DNA of 64,000 nucleotides from a virus, in the IMG/VR virus record IMGVR_UViG_3300005095_000128, positions 19,582-83,581 of that record. One strand, 5' to 3'. Position numbers and translations under genes: made by a program. Positions 57,338-64,000 of this stretch are shown here, one piece after another. Position 1 is the stretch's first letter. Every line of letters begins with the position of its first letter. The notes beneath the pieces are model-generated. The model did no database searches. It was not told where the DNA came from and saw only the letters and a list, made by a program, of their open reading frames with translations.

Positions 57338-58037
57338 TTTCGACTACGGCGAGGTCGAGTGGAGCGACGGCGACGATTTGCGCAAACTGGCACTATTCCA
57401 CAAGATTACGCCAGCCAACATCGACTTCCATGCATACTTCATCGCTAGTCGTCGCATCGTTCTTACAGACGGCTACGTGCTTGACTTTGCCGATACCAAG
57501 CTTGACGGCGAGATTGCCCTATCCATGAATTTCATCGAGCATGCCAAGGCGCTATTTGGCGCCGCCAACGAGCTTGAGGCCGCCATCGTCGATGATGGTC
57601 TCCTGGTCAAGGCAAAGCTCGACGACAACGCCGAAGCTACGGTGCTCATTCCGCGCGTTAGCGCGAAGATCCCGCCCGTCGGGCAGATCATCGAGACGGC
57701 CACGAAGGCCCAAACGCTCGCCACCTTCGAGCCATCCAAGGCAGCCAAGGTGGTACGGTACATCGCGTCGCGGCGCCCAGAGCTCGTCGAGCTACGCGCC
57801 GACAGCGAAGAAACGAGGATCTGGGCTGTAAAGGATGGGCACGAGATGCAAATCGGCATCGGCGGTAGCGGTGACGGAACGCTTCCGCTGCCGCAATACA
57901 TCTACCAGAGCCTCGTGAGAAAGGGGGCGAAGAGCGGGGAGGTGCGCACGATCGAGCATAAACCTGGGGCAGTCATGGTTGTAGTGGCGGACAATACCGG
58001 GGTAAACTTTGTATCAGCGGTGAACGTTGGAGGTTAA
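57039..58037 (+). CDS. Sliding-clamp (beta-clamp-like) protein
   Basis: About 332 aa, three alpha/beta repeats, VLTDGYVL (cf. ATDG.RL). GTG start after AAGGAGG. Confidence 0.55.
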   Translation: MLNKSHLKLLRNFTDFGLVRFTVSDGSIRLEGARFTYAKMGQTGGTSVSAIVDVGAIADAIGTLGSSETITLRNSSVRIEGAAGYVDVPVVRSEIVTMSDFDYGEVEWSDGDDLRKLALFHKITPANIDFHAYFIASRRIVLTDGYVLDFADTKLDGEIALSMNFIEHAKALFGAANELEAAIVDDGLLVKAKLDDNAEATVLIPRVSAKIPPVGQIIETATKAQTLATFEPSKAAKVVRYIASRRPELVELRADSEETRIWAVKDGHEMQIGIGGSGDGTLPLPQYIYQSLVRKGAKSGEVRTIEHKPGAVMVVVADNTGVNFVSAVNVGG

Positions 58038-58039
58038 GG

Positions 58040-58714
58040 ATGGCACCAGAAGCGATTAGGACTAAGTGGGATGAGCTCACCGAGCCATTCAAACCAGAGG
58101 ACCACGAATGGCTCACGAAGAGCAAGTCGCGCGACAAGCGTAAAGTCATGCTCGTGCCGTACATCCGCAAGCCGGCCATCATCGAGCGGCTTGTGAGTGT
58201 GTTTGGCGTCGATGGGTTCTCGCTCACAATCGACACCCCAGTAGTACAGAGCGTAGTCAACAGCGATGGCGTCGAAAGCTACATCGCCTACACCAAAGCT
58301 ACGCTCTCGCTCTCGAAGGAGGGCGTAGTTTTTAGCGACATTGGCGCCTCCACGATTGGCTACGATCCCGAAACGGCAATCAAGGGGTCAGCCACAGATG
58401 CGGTCAAAAGGGTGGCCAAGCTCATCGGCATTGGCCTTTACCTCGACCGCGGAGGCGACCTAACCACCTGGGTGCCAGCCAACGAGTACGGATACCCCGA
58501 GTGGTATCCGTTGCTTGTCGTGTACGGCAATCGGCCGTATGCCGTTAACCCAGATCCAGAATTCCCGACCGGCAACAACAAGGGTAAGCGGCTCTCGCAG
58601 GTGGACCGCAAGACCCTTGAAGCTGCTTACGACTGGTTCGAGAAGAACGAGGACGCCAAGCAAAAGCAGCTTGCGTTCTTCCTCGCGCTTGCGCACAAGC
58701 TTGGGAGGCTATAA
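58040..58714 (+). CDS. Rad52/Rad22-family single-strand annealing protein (Sak/DdrA-like)
   Basis: LTEPF, PYI...IERLVSVFG, KGSATDAVKRVAKLIGIGLYL. Confidence 0.88.
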   Translation: MAPEAIRTKWDELTEPFKPEDHEWLTKSKSRDKRKVMLVPYIRKPAIIERLVSVFGVDGFSLTIDTPVVQSVVNSDGVESYIAYTKATLSLSKEGVVFSDIGASTIGYDPETAIKGSATDAVKRVAKLIGIGLYLDRGGDLTTWVPANEYGYPEWYPLLVVYGNRPYAVNPDPEFPTGNNKGKRLSQVDRKTLEAAYDWFEKNEDAKQKQLAFFLALAHKLGRL

Positions 58715-59106
58715 TGCGCATCAACTACGGAATCGAGTTTAGGCTGGCTAGCGACCCTCGCACCATCGACACGCGCACCGGGAACGTCATGCTCTCGCTG
58801 TTTGGCATCTTCTCCAAGCGCAAGAAGGTCAATGGACGGTGGGAAGACGACCCGCGCTACGAGGCCATGAAAGTTAACGCCATTGCTTTTGGCGATGTGG
58901 CCAACGCGCTTATGCAACTAGGCTTGCGCAAGGGGGACACGATCATCATCACCAATGGCACCATCGCCAAGCCACGCAACACCCAGTACAACGACCTGGA
59001 AATCATGATCAACGACTTTGAGCTCAAGGATGCCGGTGAGCGCGGCAGCAATACCAATGACGCGCCCGTAGGATCCGACGAGGCATTGAGCGATCTTCCG
59101 TTCTAG
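58714..59106 (+). CDS. ssb: Single-stranded DNA-binding protein
   Basis: RLASDP, AFGDVA, LRKGD OB-fold pattern and acidic tail SDLPF. Confidence 0.85.
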   Translation: MRINYGIEFRLASDPRTIDTRTGNVMLSLFGIFSKRKKVNGRWEDDPRYEAMKVNAIAFGDVANALMQLGLRKGDTIIITNGTIAKPRNTQYNDLEIMINDFELKDAGERGSNTNDAPVGSDEALSDLPF

Positions 59107-59121
59107 GCGTCGGAGGTCGAC

Positions 59122-60390
59122 GTGCGCGATCCCAAGAACGTAGAGCTGGCCCTCATCGGGTCAGCTCTACTTGCCCCACATATCCTAGACGACATCCTCG
59201 TTCCAAAGGAGGCGTTTGCCTACCCAGCGCATCGCGAAGTATGGCAAGCGATTCTCGCGGCGCATGAAGCCGGCGAGGCGGTCGATCCGCTCATTATCCA
59301 GGAGCAACTCGATGGCACTGCCGCTGAAGCGGTCAAGGCGATCCTTGCCGAGCAGAGCTTCTCGTCAGCGCACTACAAGCGCTACGCCGAGGAAGTCATC
59401 CAGCTATGGCAGTACCGCCGCCTGCATCGCGTAGCCGTCGATGTGATAGACCAGGTGAACGCCGGCCAGAAGCCGCCAGGCGAGATCGTGGAGTATGGCA
59501 TCCGCGAGCTCGAGGCTATCGTGGATCAAATCGGTGGCGATGATGAGGAGCTCGTTACGTCGGATATCGCCGTCGATCCGGTTGTTGACCTCATCGAGCG
59601 TGGCGGCGACGTAGGGCTCTCAACGGGCTTTCATCCGATCGACGAATACTTCACCCTCAGCAAGGGGGCATTCGTCATTCTGGCGGCTAGGCCGGGTATG
59701 GGAAAGACCGCCCTGGCTGACCAGATCGCGGAGAACGTAGCACTTGGCGGGCACGCTGTGCTGTTCGTGTCGATGGAAATGCCACGGCACGAATTGCTTA
59801 TTCGCCGCATCGCGAGGCATGCGCAAATCCCAATCACCGACCTCCGGCATGGGCGTATCAAGACGGATGACCAGAAGCTTGCTATCGAACAAGCAAAAGA
59901 GGAGCTCAAACGACTCTCGAACCTTTACATCTACGACAACTCATCGGCCACTATGGCCCAGATTCTCGCCGCCGCTCGCAAGATCAAGCGCCGGCGTGGA
60001 AGTTTGGGTCTAATTGTAGTGGATTACATCCAGCAGATGATCGAAGGTGGGGTGGAGGGCAACACGGTTCAAGAGATGACAGCCATTGCTCGCGCCGCCA
60101 AGGTAATGGCCCGCAAGCTAGACACCACCGTCCTTGCCCTCTCTCAGCTTTCCCGCGGAGTCGAGATGCGCAAGGATAAGCGGCCGCAACTCGCCGACTT
60201 GCGTGAGTCTGGTGGTCTCGAGCAAGCTGCCGATGTGGTGGCCTTCATCTTCCGACCGGCTTACTACAAGGAAGATCCAGAGCCGGAGGAGATGAACCTG
60301 GCCGAAGTCATCGTGCGCAAGAACCGACAGGGCCCGCTCGGCAGCGCCATGCTTCGCTTTGACTCGCCGTTTGCTAAGTTTTATGTATAG
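59122..60390 (+). CDS. dnaB: Replicative DNA helicase
   Basis: LAARPGMGKT, SMEM, VVDYIQ, LSQLSRGVE.R.DKRPQLADLRESGGLEQAAD, KNRQGP. Confidence 0.97.
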   Translation: MRDPKNVELALIGSALLAPHILDDILVPKEAFAYPAHREVWQAILAAHEAGEAVDPLIIQEQLDGTAAEAVKAILAEQSFSSAHYKRYAEEVIQLWQYRRLHRVAVDVIDQVNAGQKPPGEIVEYGIRELEAIVDQIGGDDEELVTSDIAVDPVVDLIERGGDVGLSTGFHPIDEYFTLSKGAFVILAARPGMGKTALADQIAENVALGGHAVLFVSMEMPRHELLIRRIARHAQIPITDLRHGRIKTDDQKLAIEQAKEELKRLSNLYIYDNSSATMAQILAAARKIKRRRGSLGLIVVDYIQQMIEGGVEGNTVQEMTAIARAAKVMARKLDTTVLALSQLSRGVEMRKDKRPQLADLRESGGLEQAADVVAFIFRPAYYKEDPEPEEMNLAEVIVRKNRQGPLGSAMLRFDSPFAKFYV

Positions 60391-60525
60391 GAGGTGGTTT
60401 GATGCTAGAAGTATCACTCATCTTCATCGAGGCTAAAGGCAAGGTCGTCTATCAGCCGTCGCTATTCCCGCTTCCCCTACTCTACGTGGCGCAGCTTGCG
60501 GAACGCCATCTGATCGAGGTGAGCC

Positions 60526-60882
60526 ATGCCTGGGCGCCGATCCCGTGACAAGGGCAAGCGTGGCCAGCGCGAGTTCGTCAAACGTGTGGAGGAGGCTGGC
60601 TTCAACGCCATTGACCTCGGCAACTTGCAAGCGTCTAGTACGGTCAAGGTGCCAGATGTCACCATCGACGACGTGGCGATCGTCGAGGTGAAGTACCGCG
60701 AAGCATTCCAGCTATACCCGTCGCTCGAGCAAGCCATCGAAGCTTTTGGCGGGTACAAGCTCCGCAAGCCGTGTGCGTTTCCGGTGGTGGCCCATAGACG
60801 CAACTACAAAGACTGGGTGGTAGTGTTGCGCCTGGAAGACTTCTTCGAGCTACTCCGCGCCTATGAACTATCACGTTGCTAG
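60526..60882 (+). CDS. Hjc-like PD-(D/E)xK Holliday junction resolvase
   Basis: SRDKGKRGQRE, PD...IVEVKYRE, PVVAHRRN..DWVVVLRLEDF. Confidence 0.8.
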   Translation: MPGRRSRDKGKRGQREFVKRVEEAGFNAIDLGNLQASSTVKVPDVTIDDVAIVEVKYREAFQLYPSLEQAIEAFGGYKLRKPCAFPVVAHRRNYKDWVVVLRLEDFFELLRAYELSRC

Positions 60883-61267
60883 CTACTGCATTCCAGTCAT
60901 TCTCGACGCACCCGGCTACTCGGAGGTCATTCTACCAGCGCCGAACGTCATTCAGCAAATCGACCGGGTGCGTTGGACGGTGTTCAACACCATGTGGCTA
61001 CCGCACAAGCGGCCGCACTCGCTCGTGCGCTTCGTACACGCATTCAAGCGGCACATCATCATCGGGTTTGAGCCGCTCGCCTACTGGCGGCGACCTTACA
61101 TGAACATCGTCGTTGACGATCTCGCACTTGGGTCGTCGGCGACGATCCCTTTGTGCGTTGGAGCCATGCACGATATAATCGACCTAGGAGAGATGGAGTG
61201 CAAAGATGGTGATTGGACAAAAAAGTTTAAAAGAGTTGGCACCAAGTATCGGCTACGACTCCGATAA
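60863..61267 (+). CDS. Hypothetical protein
   Basis: ORF within the operon. Confidence 0.5.
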   Translation: MNYHVASYCIPVILDAPGYSEVILPAPNVIQQIDRVRWTVFNTMWLPHKRPHSLVRFVHAFKRHIIIGFEPLAYWRRPYMNIVVDDLALGSSATIPLCVGAMHDIIDLGEMECKDGDWTKKFKRVGTKYRLRLR

Positions 61268-61811
61268 CGTTCAGCCATCCAGTGTTGATTTGCGCCTTGC
61301 GGGGGAGATCCTCGAAGTGCCTAGCCCAGCTTTTGACCAGGCCATGATCCGGGCTGCCTTTCCGCGCCCGAACATCGAACAGTTCAGGCAGCCAGTTAGC
61401 GCGTCCAAGCTATACGACAAGCTACCGGAGCATTGGCGTAGACTAGGATTGCTAGAGCACGCTTACCATTTCGATGTACCGGAAGGCGAGGAATTCCTCT
61501 TTCTACCGGGATTCTTTTACCTAGCCACCACGGTTGAAAGGTTGCGCATTCCACAAGGCATTCGTGGCGTTGCTTACTTGCGGTCTACGCCAGCGCGGAA
61601 TGGCGTTGACCATGCCACTGCCCTCTATCTTGACCCGTGCTTTGAGGGCAATGTCACTCTAGAACTCATCTTCATGCTGCCCTTCCCCGCGCAAATCGGC
61701 AGCCGGCTCATCCAGGTCGAGTTTGCCCGCGTCGAGGGAAGCGGGTGCTACCAAGGTAAGTACGCCGGCCAGGTAGGACTAACGCCGGCGAGAAAGGATG
61801 AGAGGCCATGA
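61206..61811 (+). CDS. dcd: dCTP deaminase
   Basis: QPSSVDLRL, LATTVE, RSTPARNG, DPCFEGNVTLEL, YQGKYAGQ. Confidence 0.9.
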   Translation: MVIGQKSLKELAPSIGYDSDNVQPSSVDLRLAGEILEVPSPAFDQAMIRAAFPRPNIEQFRQPVSASKLYDKLPEHWRRLGLLEHAYHFDVPEGEEFLFLPGFFYLATTVERLRIPQGIRGVAYLRSTPARNGVDHATALYLDPCFEGNVTLELIFMLPFPAQIGSRLIQVEFARVEGSGCYQGKYAGQVGLTPARKDERP

Positions 61812-61926
61812 CGGTTGATCAGATTTTGGCTATCGGCTTTTCTGTTATGCTCGTCGTCGTTGCACTTGCTATTGGTATCGTCGAGATCATCGACAGATGG
61901 AAGTGCAGCGATAAGTAGGGGGTGTG

Positions 61927-62304
61927 ATGATGAAGTTTAGGTTGGTGGTAGATGGAGCGCCACTAGAGTGGCGCTCGTCGCTAGCAGATGCGCTCGAGGA
62001 CGCCGAACGCGCTAGCCGAAACGCTCGCATGTACATCGAGCGCGAGGACGGCGAGCGTATTCCTCTATACCGTGTCAAACACATCACTATCACCAAGCAC
62101 GTCAAAGGCAACGGACAGCCGCCAGACTTCGAGATTGCCTTTGACCCGGAGCAGTTCCCCGACGGCGTGCACGAAGGTGAGGCATGGCACGCGCTCTACC
62201 AGCATGATGAAGCGCGTGGCTACATCAACGTAGGCTACGATCCGGTCTTGCGTCGCATTGACCGGTGGACGTTCTACATGGCGACCTACTCGTTAGGAAG
62301 TTAG
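61927..62304 (+). CDS. Hypothetical protein
   Basis: ORF with SD. Confidence 0.55.
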   Translation: MMKFRLVVDGAPLEWRSSLADALEDAERASRNARMYIEREDGERIPLYRVKHITITKHVKGNGQPPDFEIAFDPEQFPDGVHEGEAWHALYQHDEARGYINVGYDPVLRRIDRWTFYMATYSLGS

Positions 62305-62313
62305 GGGGTTTGT

Positions 62314-63009
62314 ATGCAGCACAAACTTGTGGCTTTTGATATTGAAACCGCACCCACGACCGACGAGAAGGTTATCAAGCAACTCGCTGAGCGCATCAAG
62401 GCGCCGGCAAACTACAAGGACGAGGAGAAGATCGAGCAGTACAAACGCGAGAAGCTCGTTGAGAAGGTCAAGGAGACCGCCCTCAACCCGACGTTTGGCC
62501 GCGTTGTTGCGTTCGCCGTCTACGATGGTGAGCAGACGATCAGTCGCACCATCGTAGACTTTGACGGTAGCGAGCGCAAGTTGCTAGACGCACTTGCTAC
62601 AGCGTTAGCAAACGCATATACAACCCTCTCTCCTAAGCGCGGCAACTTCATCGTCGGGCACAACATCATTGGCTTCGACATCCCGTTCGTTATTCGACGG
62701 GGCATCATCAATGGTTCTGAGCGTGTGCTCAAGCTCGTGAGCTCGTCGCTGTTGCCCAAGCCGCTTGAACCGGCATGGCGTATCGAGCACGTCATCGACA
62801 CCATGCTGGCATGGGGCAAGCCATATGCTAGGCTCAAGGACATCGCCGGAGCCCTCGATTTGTTAGATGGCGCCGAAGACGACATGGATGGTGGCGACAC
62901 CTTGGAGGCGTTCCTTGCCGGCAACATCGATTTGGTGCGTGAGCACGTCGAGAACGACGTTGTGATTAGCTACAGGGTTGCTGAGAAGATGATGGGGGTG
63001 TTCTGGTGA
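62314..63009 (+). CDS. Stand-alone 3'-5' exonuclease (PolB-related DnaQ-like)
   Basis: FDIET, GHNIIGFDIPF, IDTM, HVENDV exo I-III motifs. Confidence 0.88.
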   Translation: MQHKLVAFDIETAPTTDEKVIKQLAERIKAPANYKDEEKIEQYKREKLVEKVKETALNPTFGRVVAFAVYDGEQTISRTIVDFDGSERKLLDALATALANAYTTLSPKRGNFIVGHNIIGFDIPFVIRRGIINGSERVLKLVSSSLLPKPLEPAWRIEHVIDTMLAWGKPYARLKDIAGALDLLDGAEDDMDGGDTLEAFLAGNIDLVREHVENDVVISYRVAEKMMGVFW

Positions 63010-63967
63010 GCCATAGAAACGCCGTGTCGATCGTGCCAAGTGGGCGTGATCGCTATAGCATTGCATTTTCGTGGGCAAATGACGCCCCAGAAGACGTTCG
63101 GAGCATCAAGCAGGTCAGTGTCTTGCGCGAGCGACTCGATGACATCTTCGGTGATACGCTTGACATGTACAACCCAGGTGATCCTTACGAGGTCATCAAA
63201 GCGCTTCAACAGTATCTCCGCCTAACATGGATCGTTGGGGGGCCTGATTACGACGCTTGGGTTGAGAAGGCATTGCCCTACCTAAAGAGTGTGCGCACAA
63301 GAGACATGCTCGAGCAAGCAAAAGAAGTACGCCATAAGTTTGCCGCATTCTTGCGCGAGCTTGACGAAGCCATCGCGAAGGTTGAAAGCGGAAAGGCTAA
63401 CCGCATCTACGTGAAGCCATGCTCGCGCGACGTTTACACATGGAACGAAGAAGAATGAGCCTCGATAAGACTCTCAAAGCCCTTAACCAATTCTGGCACG
63501 GCGATGTAAAATGCGAGCATATCATTGATGCGCTTGCAAGGCAACGATACGATGTGCTGGCGCTTACAGGAGCAATCGCTGACATCCTCCCGCTTGACGA
63601 CTTCATCGACATTGACCAATACGATCGGCGCACGCTAGTGCTCGCCAAGCTCGTTGGGTGTCCAGAGCGCCTATGGCTACTAGATGCAATGCACGTTGAG
63701 TTATACGGCAAACTTGCCACGGATCCGCTAAAATCGCAATACACCATTGCCGGATACGACTATCCGCGCCCAAGCCCTGTGTGGCTTCACGCGGATGATC
63801 TTAGGTACGTCAAGGTGGACCGCATGGACATGTTGAGCCTCACTAGTGCAGAGGTGAAGCTCGCCAGGCGCATTCGTCGCATGAGCCAAGAGGAGTTCGT
63901 ACAAGCCGTGGAGGACATGCGAGGCAAATGGGATGTGCTATACGAGCGCATCAACTACGTGTGGTAG
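63006..63967 (+). CDS. Two hypothetical proteins (63006-63458; 63455-63967)
   Basis: Coupled ORFs ending before a probable terminator at the window edge. Confidence 0.6.
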
Positions 63968-64000
63968 TCTACCAAAAACAAAAAGGCGGGGGTGCCATGT

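Noticed and set aside
1-64000. Integrase, DNA polymerase, RNA polymerase, reverse transcriptase, RtcB, introns/inteins or stop-codon reassignment
   Set aside because: No motifs were recognised. TerL, DnaB and ThyX are normal length and ORFs are intact in the standard code. Such genes could lie outside the window.

Overview
This window is most of a tailed dsDNA phage genome with siphovirus-like organisation and high GC. A thermophilic Deinococcota-type host is my inference from the many leaderless genes and the composition, and I cannot confirm it. Layout: (1) 1-16.6 kb, minus strand: morphogenesis module with terminase, portal, a lysis cassette inserted in the head operon, protease/scaffold, three decoration paralogues, capsid, tail, tRNA-Asn and tRNA-Gln, and the start of the tape measure gene. 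(2) 16.7-26.9 kb: nucleotide metabolism and regulatory genes (ThyX, dUTPase, HU, a possible initiator). (3) 27-38 kb: accessory island of small transcription units including a Ro60/TROVE gene preceded by Y-RNA-like elements, a TARG1/DarG-like macrodomain and several orphan antitoxin-like proteins. (4) 38-53 kb: highly structured non-coding DNA followed by about 35 small unknown early-type ORFs. (5) 53-64 kb: replication and recombination genes (SNF2 helicase, DnaG, clamp-like protein, Rad52/Sak, SSB, DnaB, resolvase, Dcd, exonuclease). The most striking signals are in RNA: two covarying, non-canonical HDV-like ribozyme folds that bracket a ~1.29 kb structured, ORF-containing segment; tandem Y-RNA-like elements upstream of Ro60; and a separately promoted ~270 nt RNA carrying four anti-Shine-Dalgarno motifs. 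All calls come from manual reading, with no database searches or folding programs.
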